From Chlorokybus atmophyticus (taxonomy: Eukaryota > Plantae > Mesostigma and Chlorokybus algae): DNA of 64,000 nt. The stretch spans positions 578,099 through 642,098 of the forward strand of contig RHPI01001715.1 in assembly GCA_009103225.1 (NCBI GenBank). The letters are read 5' to 3'. The notes beneath the pieces are model-generated. The model made no database searches and had not been told where the DNA came from. It saw only the letters and a program-made list of their open reading frames with translations. Shown piece after piece: positions 40,527 to 52,872 of the stretch; position 1 is the stretch's first letter; each line of letters starts with the position of its first letter. The translations under genes and the position numbers were made by a program.

Positions 40527-41662
40527 TCAAGAAAAATAGGCACGTCTATGTAAATTCTGCACTTGTTTGATCTCAAGTCGGCAGATGGGACACTCCCTGG
40601 CAGGCGTGCTAGTAATTCTCTCGCTGCACCTCCTGCAGGTGATGCAACGCCCGCATGGGTAGAACTCCACACTCCTCCTGACTTCCATGCATAATGTGCA
40701 GGTCATCCGGTCCTCCGTTGATGAACATGCCGTGTCTTGTAGGTGTTGCATGTTCGCGGGAGCTGTCTCGGCGATCTCCAACGGCCTCTGAGACACAAGT
40801 CTTGACCTTTCAGCCTGCAAATGCGCTGAAGTCAACTCCGACACCTGCTGCTGCTGCCTTAACTCGTTGATGGTACGCAAGTTGGAAGCCAATCGCTCCA
40901 TGCGCGCGCGCTGCTCCTGCTGGACTCGCTCCGCATGTTGGTATGCGCTCACCAAGCAGTCGCGATCCAACTCGTTCAACAGCCCACACGCAGCTCAGCC
41001 CAGGTATCCACATTGCGAACGTGCTAACGATAGCATGCAGAGCCTCCACATCCGAGCTTTGCCGTTTCTGCACATCTCTCCCCCACCTGATGACGCTGTA
41101 CGACTGTGCATTGTGTGATGGACCCGCCTCCATAGTCACTCGGTTCTACGCCTGTAACAACGCGCAACAACAGCACGCATGCAAACATGAAAGTAATGGC
41201 TGCGGCCAGAGCATCCATCCGGCGAGGGGAACCCAACATCCACTGCCATATAACAAGTGCACCCGCACCCAACGCAATGCCCACAAAGAAGGCCCACTTA
41301 AAAAAACGCCGCCTCCATCACACTCGTCGCCGCCACTATCCATCCGCCATCAGCGCCATTTGCACATTCCATCTCGATGGCACATTCCATCTCACCCTAA
41401 CTCTGGAGAACGACAATGGCAGCAGCCATATCAACGCCATGCAGAGATAGTGTCTCAACCCGCCCACATTACTGTAAGATAAGTTGGCGTAACGGAGTGT
41501 ACGTGCGACCGCCATGTCCACTGGCAGTGCAAGACAGCAAAGCATGTTCATCTGAAGCCTTTGTTGCAAGTCTGTTCGCTTGAGAGGTACCCGTAATAAA
41601 GTCAACAACATGATCCAAGCCAGTGCTGCTCCACAGGACTTGTAATGCCATAGCTCCAGCAT
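40527..41662 (-). pseudogene. Frameshifted paralog of the membrane RING gene
   Basis: The same protein is split over several frames (ORFs 41336-41683, 41024-41284, 40810-41139, 40527-40979); the RING His is replaced (PCGH to PCGR). Confidence 0.85.
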
Positions 41663-43082
41663 GGCCTCTACGGCTTCCTTCAAACTGCCCTAACGCATAG
41701 TGCAGGCCCTGATGGTGACAAGCAACAATCTCCTGGAGCTTGACAAGAAGGACTAGGCAACCAACAGCTGCAATTTATTCAGTCCAAGCACCAGCTTAAC
41801 GTCAAGCCCACCACATGACAAACACCCAGGTGCGGGAACGGGTTCAAGTACGCCAGCAAGTCCGCAAGCGGATCATGATCCGGACTGGAGGGTATAACCT
41901 CAATATTGTCATACTTTCTACGTCTGTGGTGAGTGCGAATGTTTCTATTTGCAAAACGTAATGTAAGACACTCAAAGCTGCAGCTGCCCATCAAGTAAGA
42001 TATACCCTATCCTTGATGTCTTCATCCAGTTAGCCGTCGTTATCACGCAGCTGCGTGCGTCTAGCTCTGTTAGGATTGAGATATTAGCGCACTTCGTCAA
42101 ACTTGACGGAGGTATGCCGACTGGTAGTCAATCACATCAGTCGCTAACGCTAGCAGCCAGAGTTACTACCAGTACCGGTAGCTTAATGCCTGCTGCTGTA
42201 CATTGTCACTTCAGAACATAACATCAAGTCATATGTCTCGTCATCTGACTGTCAAGACCTTAACTGCTAAGTCGTGAATCAGGGTGACCGCAGTTCTCTT
42301 TGGTCGCGTGCGAAGTGACTCACACATGACTTTGCATGCCACACGGTGCGAGGTGCGACGCGACATCACTGACATGGTGGTGAGCGGAGGTGTGTGAAGG
42401 GCGGCGGAGAGGCACGTCAGAGGCACGGACCATGGCAGGTGGAGTCGTTGTGTGCCACACAGCTCCACCTGCAATGCCCCCCCCTCCCTCCCCTACATTG
42501 TGCCCTCAGGAAAAGGTGTGCACAGCGTACGCTGAGGCGAGACTGGAGCTCATGAGTGATTGTCGGCTAGTGGTAGCTGCTCGGTGCACCATATCCTCTC
42601 TGCTACTGCATCACTTCTGTTAGTGCTGTTGGTACTCTACCATCACTGCTATTCGTAGGACCAACTCCTCTCAGCCTGATTGACGACCTTTTGTAGACAC
42701 CTGGTTGAGCAGTAGGTGTGATGTGCTTGTCAACACATGCACGCAAGAAATGTTGTCCTTCCCTCCTGCTATGCACTCAAGGAGCCAGCCAGCAGCTGTC
42801 AATTATTTGAGGACGCCCATATAGACGATGGGTTCTCTTTGCACGCTATTTTGCGCTACTGCACCACATGCGCGCATGTGCACGTGCACACACATGGCAT
42901 GTGTGCGCGTTCTCGCAGGGCAGCAGTTGCGTTGTGGGGAGCTAGCGCATAGCCCAATGGCATGTGCACGTGTGAGTGTATGTTTGTGTGTGGAGAGCAT
43001 GCTCAACATATGCATAGCCATCCATCTGAATACTCGCATGATGTGTTCAAAAAAACATTCACACCCTTTCCATGTGCGACAG

Positions 43083-43759
43083 ATGGCGCAACACGCAGAG
43101 GCGTCGGATGTCGTTGATTTCTCAATGAAACGTTCTGTGGGAGGTTGGTTACAAGCAGCACAATTCAGCCACAAGGCGCAGATACTCCACCACCTCCCTA
43201 AAGGCTTGCCGTACATTGAGACAGTCCTGGAAAAGGGCACCGCGCGGGACACATCTACCGCGATGCATGCCGATGAGGTGAATAGCGAGTGAAGTGAAAC
43301 CTCGACGGCATAGAGGAGGTCCTCAACCATGCTAAGGCCACCGAGGACCACGAGCTGCAGGCCAACGCTACGGAAGCCCTTGTGGTGCTTGACACCCTCA
43401 GGCTAGCGCTACGAGCAAAACAGAACAGCATGACGCGTGACTCAGCAAGCTGGTCTCGCATTGGTCAATCCGCTGATGTTGGTGACGAGCGGACCCGGTA
43501 GGCTACAACCTCACATAACCTGCAGCCGAACAGCAAGCGCATGTGTACTAGCCACGCCCCCGCTGCACCAATATTTTCAGCTGTATCCATCAGGCCGCAG
43601 GTTGTCCCGTGCATCCCACCATACCATCAAGATAATGCATCACCCAAGGAGGCACCCACCGAGCAATCAACTACTGATTCCGTCGCACTGACTGCCAGTC
43701 AGCACATTTCCAGCATGTTTGCTGCAGCCCTGGCAATGTATCTGACAGTCATAGCATAG
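43083..43759 (+). pseudogene. Disrupted paralog of the 1177-1860 ORF
   Basis: MAQHAEASD...DEVNSE* premature stop, then frameshifted continuation. Confidence 0.75.
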
Positions 43760-44026
43760 GTGCATGAGGCGCACTACGTATGAAAGTCTCTTGTATACAT
43801 TTGCACTATCATTGGCATGTCCTTGTGCGGGTTGACTGTGCCCTGGTATCTCAAGCCGCGGAAGTGATGGAGCACATGCAGGAGTGCACAATCCACACAT
43901 CCTAGCTAGCCACTCTGTGTGCTGGTTCATCATCCAGCGTCCATGGGCTGGTAGATGTCGTTACTTGCTTCATCGATAGGGTTACCGTTGGGCAGCTGCT
44001 TTTCTGCGCGTGGAGAGGGGGGGAAG

Positions 44027-44514
44027 NNNNNNNNNNNNNNNNNNNNNNNNNNNNNNNNNNNNNNNNNNNNNNNNNNNNNNNNNNNNNNNNNNNNNNNNNN
44101 NNNNNNNNNNNNNNNNNNNNNNNNNNNNNNNNNNNNNNNNNNNNNNNNNNNNNNNNNNNNNNNNNNNNNNNNNNNNNNNNNNNNNNNNNNNNNNNNNNNN
44201 NNNNNNNNNNNNNNNNNNNNNNNNNNNNNNNNNNNNNNNNNNNNNNNNNNNNNNNNNNNNNNNNNNNNNNNNNNNNNNNNNNNNNNNNNNNNNNNNNNNN
44301 NNNNNNNNNNNNNNNNNNNNNNNNNNNNNNNNNNNNNNNNNNNNNNNNNNNNNNNNNNNNNNNNNNNNNNNNNNNNNNNNNNNNNNNNNNNNNNNNNNNN
44401 NNNNNNNNNNNNNNNNNNNNNNNNNNNNNNNNNNNNNNNNNNNNNNNNNNNNNNNNNNNNNNNNNNNNNNNNNNNNNNNNNNNNNNNNNNNNNNNNNNNN
44501 NNNNNNNNNNNNNN
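44027..44514. other. Assembly gap
   Basis: N run; G run on the left edge. Confidence 0.97.
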
Positions 44515-45251
44515 GCCGCAGTGCTCGGGCTGGTGAAACGTCCTCCTTATTGTTTGGGCTGTATACCCAGGAGCAAGCAACCCAATGCAATACGTACGGG
44601 TCGCTGTCGTTGACCGCGCCTTCCTGCCAGCGGGTCACCTTGCCAGGTGCGTAGACATCTTACTGTGCAATTGAGTAATGCTGTTGTTGAACATGACAGT
44701 GTGTCCAACAACAATATGTCACCTGGTGGGCCACCTGTCATACAATGCGGGTGGGTTTGTCATGTGCGCAATCCCTGCAGACTATCGCTGTTGGACCAAC
44801 TACGATGATGGGCAAAGGACCAATGCAGTGTACAAAGGCCGACTCCTTAGGCTGACACAGATGGCTATGGAGAGTGTCCCTGAATATGCCATACATATCG
44901 CATCATGCGGCGGGCAGCAACTTGCTTGCGACCTTTACACCATACCCGGCTACATCAGCCCCACTCAACGTGCGTTATAGCTCGTGCATGTCACACCCAC
45001 TCTCGTGCGACAAGCCAACACTTGATGTCGCCTAATCCAACACTTACTGTCGTCTGCTGGTCTGATCAGGGTCTTGTCCTTCACAGGTCAGGGCTTCCAC
45101 AAGTGACTTCATATGGCCTGCCAGCGTGTTTGACCCAAAGTTGGAGCTAGCAGAGTGCAAGCTGCCGGTGACAGCACCCTCCAAGTTGTTCACACAAAGC
45201 ATAAGACCTTTGATGTCGGCACCCTCGCCAACAGTGAGTTCAAACGGCAAA

Positions 45252-45361
<110 letters not shown>

Positions 45362-45807
45362 GGAACATGACGGTTTTTCTGTTNTTGATCGCTGCTGGTC
45401 CGAATCAATCTTCAAACCTCGAGCCCGGTGTACCATAGCGATGCGCTTCGCAAGTTCACAGCGGGCATTTCATTGACGCGAACCTCGGGCTTGGTTGGAT
45501 CGTACGTGCTCAATACTGGTCTCCCTTGCAAGGCTTTGCCAGCAGGGTGCCAGGCGAAGAACATCCTGCGCGGGACTCCACTTCAAATGCGGGATGGGAC
45601 TCGATACGTGCGGCGGGGCTGGTGGACTGCGGTGAATGCAAGTAGCTCAACCCGTACTCGCGTCGATAGATGCTAGGGTGGTCGAGGTGAGCTAAGGCTG
45701 CACAGCGAGGGTGTTGTCATGGCGTGTGCTTGTTGTTGTTGTTGTTGTTGTCTTTGTCTGGGAGACTAGGTGACTGACTTTCCCTTGCCTCTCTCAGGTC
45801 GTGTTCC

Positions 45808-46145
45808 CAACCAATGCCGCGGTTAAATGCCGAGTCATTGCAGCAAGTGTGACTACCTTGAGGAAGAGCTGTATGGCAAGTTGGATAGCTCCTCAGGAGT
45901 TGTAGACCCAGGTTGGGTTTTACTCCGATAACAAGGAGCCCTACTGCTGCTTGAACCACCCATAGTTCGACAGATACGGATAATGCATGGTGTTCAACAT
46001 TGCAGTGTTAAAGCACCTCAAGTTTCGGCCACCAGTAATGTGTTTGTGCCTGTATGAAGCACATGTACATGTGTTTTTGCTTGCGCGGAGCGTAGCCCTA
46101 AACTTGCAAGCCTTGGGGGTTTGCGTGTGTGTCAGCAGTTGTACA
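45808..46145 (+). pseudogene. Cys-rich pseudo-exon and flank (block D2), paralogous to 8040-8460
   Basis: After CTCTCAG: NQCRG*MPSHCSKC...W/YSDNKEPYCC vs D1 RVCRG...WPYKPNKEVTCC; downstream TAA(A/G)GCAC(C/T)TCA and GCGTGTGTGTCAGCAG(T/C)TGTA shared in the same order. Confidence 0.5.
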
Positions 46146-47206
46146 TGTGTCGCACATGTACAACTAAAGTTTTCAGCTGCGCGTGCACTTGCAGACATTC
46201 ACAACATGGTTAATTGTGCAGGATACGTTTGTGTTGTCAGGCGCATGCAAGGCTAGGCAACTCAGTCAAGCGCGATCAACATCGTCCTTTTTGCAGCTGC
46301 AGTGCCGCATTGTGGCGGAATACTTCTGCACTCCCACACCTTGGCTAATGCAACTACAACGGGTTAGGCCTAAATGTAATCGTCCAAATGCGGTTGTAGA
46401 CAGCTACAAGTCGGCCATGAAGTTCGCACAGCTTAATGGGACAACAGCAGTTCAAAAAGTCAGTTTCGTTGCAGACATTTACGACTACCATCATGCTCTT
46501 CGCTAGCTCTTTACCGCCTCGGCTATCAATCATGCTAACTTTCAGGCATGTTAAAACAGCGTGGTGTGCTATATGCATAAAGTCAAGATTACCACGGTGC
46601 CATCAGAGGTGCAGCTGCAAAGCTATACAATATTATGCAAGTGCTCCAAGTGATTGGGCTAGCCTAGCTCGTGATATGCTGCTACGATATGCCCCCCCAC
46701 GGGACTTATTGCCATCCATCGTGAACCACCGTGCTGCACACAACCACAGCTACTTTTATAGTCGTTCTCAGAGAGGCCAAACACTCAACCCCATCACCTG
46801 AAACATAGCGTTGTGTTTGCAACTCGCGCGCTAACGATGGCTTGAGTCTTGATGGTGGGGAACAGTTAGCGCGTTGCGATGGGTGGGCAATTGACCAATA
46901 ATGGGTACAACTTGTGTGGGTCCAATACATCCAACCATCGTCGTATGCATCTGCTACATTAAGCAAAATAAGTTAAGCCGTCAACATCGCATGTAAGTGA
47001 TATTAACGACTTTATTTATTTATTTACTTACTGTGATGCAACATTATGCAGTATCACGAGCTGGCCTGGCATCATAGCTCGCAGAACAACAGCATGATTC
47101 TTCAGAATGCCGAGGGACGATGGAAATGCAAACACACTGCTATTACTAAGCGGCCAATTGACGAATATATATTGGTCATTAAAGCCTTCACTTGCGATCG
47201 TTCATA

Positions 47207-47255
47207 TATGCATGCGAGCTGAAGGTGTGCTGCACACCTTCAGCTCGCGTGCATA
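47207..47255. repeat. 49-bp near-perfect palindrome (24-bp arms, 1-nt centre, one mismatch)
   Basis: TATGCATGCGAGCTGAAGGTGTGC-T-GCACACCTTCAGCTCGCGTGCATA. Confidence 0.95.
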
Positions 47256-47331
47256 CACCGCACAATGTGTGCACACCGTGTGACACCCAAGACTCTTACG
47301 TGTTAAACTCGGAGTTCAACATTTGAGTTGC

Positions 47332-47604
47332 TCATCGACCAGACTCTACGGCAAAAGGGATGAAGTTGTCCAACTTGGCGTGGTTGTGATGCACTTGCTG
47401 CTTCATCTTGTGCTTAGTTGCTAAGACTTCACAGCTGAGCATAGCTGGCAGGCCATAACGGTCACGCCCAACAGCATGCAACCACCTGGATAAAATTCCG
47501 TTCAAGCGATAGTCTGTTGTATATCTATCAATAGCAGCGGCAAAGGTAGGGCGGGGTTCAACGCCAAGTTGAAAGACAACTGGAAGCATAGCACAGTACT
47601 GCAT
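47332..47604 (-). mobile_element. Possible degenerate non-LTR retroelement REL-endonuclease fragment
   Basis: ...ATKHKMKQQVH...NFIPFAVESGR* resembles the K..KY...F.PFAVES.GR end of REL domains. Short motif only. Confidence 0.35.
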
Positions 47605-48667
47605 TGTTCATCCATGCGCCAACCAAGCTTAGCGCAGCTCATTAATTACAGCTAATGCTTACCCTTCGAGTGGTTACCGATCCACTTACTGATATGGCAC
47701 CATCATGCCACGTGGGTACTACCCATTGGTACTAGTGGCCACCCTCTTGCTGCACTTGCACCGTGCAAATTGTGACAGCATTTATGGCACTCAAGTGTAC
47801 CACCAAATAGCTGAGCTGAATACCCCCGCAACTCGCAAATTGCGACAATACATTACGGTCATCCATGATGCAATCTTATGAATTCATATTCATTTTATTA
47901 TTGCTTATGAAATGAAGTGTATACAATAGAATGAAGCACGGGTATGAGCAGCACGTGTATAAAGCATATAAAAATGGATAGGTATACACATAAATATGTG
48001 AATATGTATCATACATATAGATTTTACTTTAGCAACACGTGTATGAAGCATTTCATATGTACAGCACGTGCACGGTATGGCACATCTATTTATACAAAGA
48101 TGAAATGTGCCAACCATTCTTTATAACAAAAGCAATTTCATGTGATGGTTATCATCACAGACTATTGTGATCTCTATTTGTGTCACACTGCTGTGTAGCA
48201 GCTTGCTAAGCAGCAGTTTGGTAATCACACGGTGTAACTTAAGCTTGCAACACAAATACACACACGTCGAGCAGCGCTCTTTACCGTATACAAAATCAGG
48301 CATTACGTTTTTAATGTAAGTTGCCTTGCGCACGTGACACTGCATGTCTTCATATGTGCCATGGTGTATCATACTGCTGCGTATACAAGTGCATACCACG
48401 TTCCGACGTAGCAATATGGTATACACTTGCTACGCATGTGTACACACGCCATGCAGCGCTTCTCACAATCACTACACATGATCACTTCACAGAGCCTCAT
48501 GCGATACATTGGCTAGCGCATGTGACACTGCATGTGTCAATGTGCGAAAACGGTTGCACCACTCCTCGCAGGATTCTCCAGTGCATGGCACACTCTAGGC
48601 CATACGGCATATGTATAAGGAAACATGTTGGTTTGTGTAAGTGGCCGTGCGCTGACCAATTGCCGGG

Positions 48668-49023
48668 NNNNNNNNNNNNNNNNNNNNNNNNNNNNNNNNN
48701 NNNNNNNNNNNNNNNNNNNNNNNNNNNNNNNNNNNNNNNNNNNNNNNNNNNNNNNNNNNNNNNNNNNNNNNNNNNNNNNNNNNNNNNNNNNNNNNNNNNN
48801 NNNNNNNNNNNNNNNNNNNNNNNNNNNNNNNNNNNNNNNNNNNNNNNNNNNNNNNNNNNNNNNNNNNNNNNNNNNNNNNNNNNNNNNNNNNNNNNNNNNN
48901 NNNNNNNNNNNNNNNNNNNNNNNNNNNNNNNNNNNNNNNNNNNNNNNNNNNNNNNNNNNNNNNNNNNNNNNNNNNNNNNNNNNNNNNNNNNNNNNNNNNN
49001 NNNNNNNNNNNNNNNNNNNNNNN
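48668..49023. other. Assembly gap
   Basis: N run with short G-rich edges. Confidence 0.97.
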
Positions 49024-49142
49024 GGGGCGGGCATGAATAATAGTTACGGAGTCGGACGCGGTGCTCAAATCGATAACCTCCGACTATGGGTATAAAGAGA
49101 TTATGATGATTTATAACTGTCCACGTGTAAACATGTGTACTA

Positions 49143-49317
49143 CCGTATTCGCCCGAATATCTCGCCCCCCCCCTAATACAACACCCCCCATAAATTGGGG
49201 AGGGGGGGGAGCTTTGTTTAACACCCCCTGTTATGGTCAAAGTGTATCCTATTACACTTCCTCATTAATCTTGCGGGGGGAGCTTTGTTTGTAGGGGGGG
49301 TATTCGAGCAAATGCGG
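49143..49317. mobile_element. 175-bp MITE of Tc1/mariner (pogo-like) type with TA target-site duplication
   Basis: TA|CCGTATTCGCCCGAATA ... TATTCGAGCAAATGCGG|TA (17-bp TIR, 3 mismatches); internal GGGGGGAGCTTTGTTT occurs twice. Confidence 0.8.
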
Positions 49318-49407
49318 TAATAAGGCGCATTTCGCACAGCGACCATAGTGAGGGATAAGCAATTCAGAAGCCTTCACACAGCATTTTAGCCTAGCTAAGC
49401 AACCTAC

Positions 49408-49930
49408 CTAAACCCCTGCTTCTGATAGGATTGTAAGATTAGATGACAAACAAAGGAAAATATTCAGATTTGGCATAGGCGTCCCCGAATGCCTGCCTGC
49501 ACAACTTCCCTCATGATGTATAAAGATCATTGCATTGCCGCGCTTCAGAGCACGCACCAACGACTTGCCCAAGTAAGCAGTGCGATGAATCATCATTGAT
49601 GCTTGCACGCCATGTCATGATGTAGGGGGGTCCTGTGTAAGTTGCACGCCAAATACGTAGCCGTAGTAGGCCTGAAAAATTCGGCCGCCGGCTGCGGCCC
49701 GCAGCGCACGCACCAGCGACTTGCCCAGATTTGAGCAAGTCGACTGATGGATAACGTTCTCTCACAATGGATCTACCAATCACAATCATGTCATATGCCT
49801 TCTTCCAAAATCTGGCCCGCTCTGCATACTGCCTGCCGCCGGAGAGACGGGGTGCAGCGCAAACAAGCACAGATACTGCGGGGAGAAAACCGCGTAGTAC
49901 TTGTACGTGGGGTGTGCAGGCGTACGGATG
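49408..49930 (-). pseudogene. Decayed ORF (block E2) with a duplicated LGKSLVRAL motif, divergent from B2
   Basis: NLGKSLVRALRAAAGGRIFQAYYGYVFG...*...YLGKSLVRALKRGNA; paralog at 12330-12730. Confidence 0.45.
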
Positions 49931-49994
49931 CTTTCTTCTCTCTCCTATCAGGTCATTATCTTCTCGCTTTCTCTCGCACACTTCTACAAGAAGC

Positions 49995-50028
<34 letters not shown>

Positions 50029-50081
50029 CACGTGGTGTGGCAGGGAAGAAGGCAGGGCGGCAATCCATTTGCCCCTCAGTG

Positions 50082-52364
50082 ATGGACGCAACAACAACCG
50101 CCAACATGCTGTACATGCTGACGTTGCTGTGTGCAGCCGCCTCCACTGGTAGGGGATGCAGCGCATCTGCATGCGCACACATGTGTGCTTGCTGTTGCTT
50201 GTTGAGTTCTTCATCAGCACACCAGTTTCACGCACTAGCAAAGTACCTATCAACATGTATGACATCGTCCTCCTCAACTAACTGATGGGGTTGTGTGTGA
50301 CATGTGGTGTGTGTCAGTTAACGCCCAAGGCAGCACGTGGGTGCGCGGACTAGGTAGGTTTCTCAACGCTGCCAATATGTCTGCACACACACGCCTTGTG
50401 TGGCCATGTATACTTTATTCGCTCATACCCAACCCTCTCTAATGCAGAGTGCGCAAAGAGTATACTGTTCCAGGAGTCCCGAGGCGAAACCAACACAGCG
50501 TACACGCACACCAGGATCAAGTCCATCCCCGCGCAAGATGCCGCGCAGGTGTGTTGCTGCTGTTGTTTTTTTTCCGCATGCATGATCGCAGCACACATCA
50601 CCACATGTACTCACGCGTGTGCTTACTCACAACAGGGGCCAGGAGCTCCTAAGCCTGTCACGCTCTACACGGCTGTCAACACCGAGCGGAGGGTTCTCAA
50701 ACACGTATCCGTCATTGGAGGTATGCATGTGTATACCCTTGTTGATGGATGATGGCAGTCGCTTTGCACTCTCTGCCATTTTGCAAAGTCTGTGTGAGCG
50801 TGCGCGCATGTGTGTATGTGTGCGTGGTTGTGATGAGTCCACATGCCTGTGCTGCTCTGTATCAGACAAGTTCTTCTGGTTGGAGAACACCGGCAACACG
50901 GAGGACCGCTTCCAAGACGCATGGTACATCCGGTACGGGAGCGTCTCAGCTGGGGGTGTCACTCCCGCCACACCATACGGGAGCATGTCCCCCGCAATGT
51001 ACTTCACAGCCTTGCGCTACACATTCCCCGAAAGCGCTTCGTTCGCCATTGAGAACTCAGCCGAAAGAGAGGGTACGTTCGGATTTGGGTGGGTGGGAGA
51101 CACTCACTCTCATTGCACATGCACACTTGCCCACCCACTCTCACGCACGGGAGGCAACCTCACTGCCTGCAGGTTTTGTGGGCAAGCGCTACGCCTTCAC
51201 GACGGGCGACAACAACGCGATCAGCGTGGTGGCCAACTGGTTCCCTGACAAAGTGAAGGTGTTGGACACGAGTGGTGCCGTCAGTGTCGACACGACAGGT
51301 ACGTGTTGGTGTGCTCGCACACGCGCAATCTCCTTTAGCAGCTGCTCACGCAGCACGCGGATGCTTGCGCGCATGTGCGTCTCATGAATCACACACACAC
51401 ACACAAACAAACACACACACACACACACACACACGCACACTTATCAATGTGTGCAGTCACACCTCCAATGCTGTACTGGACGGACCGGTTGCAGACTGCG
51501 CCCACAAACACATTACCTCCGATACGCAACTTCATAAGGCGGGCGCCGGCGTACGGCAACAGGACGAGGTTGGGTGGGGTGCAGACGATTTTCAAAAATT
51601 ATAGGAGCACGTATGAGCCCATAGAGCAGATGCAGCTGGACACCGTCAACCGCCGCATCTACACCCTCCACATCAACTACAACAACGCTCGCTCCTACCT
51701 CGCAGTCCATGACATCTCCACATCAACCCCAACCATGACCTTCATTCGCCCCATCGACCACGACTACGTCAAGTACTTCAAGATCGACGTGTACTCGTGT
51801 GAGTAGTTGTGCTCTCATGTTGGTCCCTCTGCTGTGGCCAACATATGGCAATATGTGTGCTTGTGCGTGCATACACACATGCTGCCAGTCACCTACTCTC
51901 ACACCCACACTATTGTCCCAGCCCCCCCTGTCCTGTACGCTCTGATCTTGGGCGTTGAGCTCTACAAGACCCATCTCGTTGCGCTCGACGGGTAAGTGAC
52001 GGCTTGCTCCTGTGTGATTCAATGATAGCTGTAGAAAGAAGTCGTTGCTGAATGAATGAATTTGGGTTCTACAGTAGCGACACTGGGGGAAGCAGCGATA
52101 CCGTTGTCGTGGGGCCCAAGGTGTTCATCGCGGGTGGGGACCTCTCCTACTACAGCCTGTACTCCAACTTTGACATCTACTATGGTACACGCACACACGC
52201 ATGCATCTGTTGTGGTGTATGCCAGTGTGGGGTCCATGCTATGCACCTAGTAGGTTGCATTGTGCACACTGCCCACTGAGTGTTGGGCATTTATGTTTGT
52301 GTGCGAATTTGCAGACCCCGAGTGCGTGGCTGCGTTGGCGTTGGCACCGGCACCGAGTGAGTAG
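50082..52364 (+). CDS. Secreted multi-exon protein B2 with YWTD motif (inverted paralog of B1)
   Basis: Signal-peptide exon MLYMLTLLCAAAST; exons splice in frame (VNAQGSTWVRGL/ECAKSILFQESRG/GPGAPKPV/DKFFWLENTG/GFVGKRYAF/VTPPMLYWTDRLQ/PPVLYALILG/SDTGGSS/DPECVAAL). The 3' end is uncertain. Confidence 0.8.
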
Positions 52365-52872
52365 CTTGTGGGCGCAGAGCTGAGAATATTAATGTATCGG
52401 TGCTGACTACCCACAACAGTAACCAGTACCGAGTTAGTGAAGGAAAAACATGTGTATAGAGCATGTATAGAGGTTGACGAAGGTCAGTAAAGGTGCAAAG
52501 GTCTAATGGGTTTAAGCCCATTGGCAGGGCAATTTTGTATGCAAGCTCGTTAGCATGAATAACAATGAGAGTATGCCCTTTCAACTTTTCCCACGCATGA
52601 GCGAATGCATGAATCTCTGTATGTGTCGATGTGTGCTCGGTGTGCATGCATGCATGCGCCATCAAGGGGTGGAACAATCGTTGATGTGATTGAGATGAGG
52701 CCGCAAAACAATCAATGATGCGCCGTACATAACCAGGACTGCGACGTAGGTGACTGTGGGAAATTTGGTGATATTTAAAAGCTTTCTTTGTTCATCTTGC
52801 TCTCGCCGCACACCGCTTTGCCACACAATATATCACAAAACACTAGCCTCGCGCCAACACACGCATCATCGG

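Larger units (their letters stand above)
40235..43770 (-). repeat. Block A': inverted copy of 1160-4870
   Basis: See block A. Confidence 0.93.

Noticed and set aside
45047-45250. Minus-strand peptide ending AGHMKSLVEALT..DPDQ resembling the end of an NRPS condensation domain
   Set aside because: Only a short resemblance, with no HHxxxDG or adenylation motifs nearby; it abuts a microsatellite and the region may instead belong to the + strand Cys-rich remnant.
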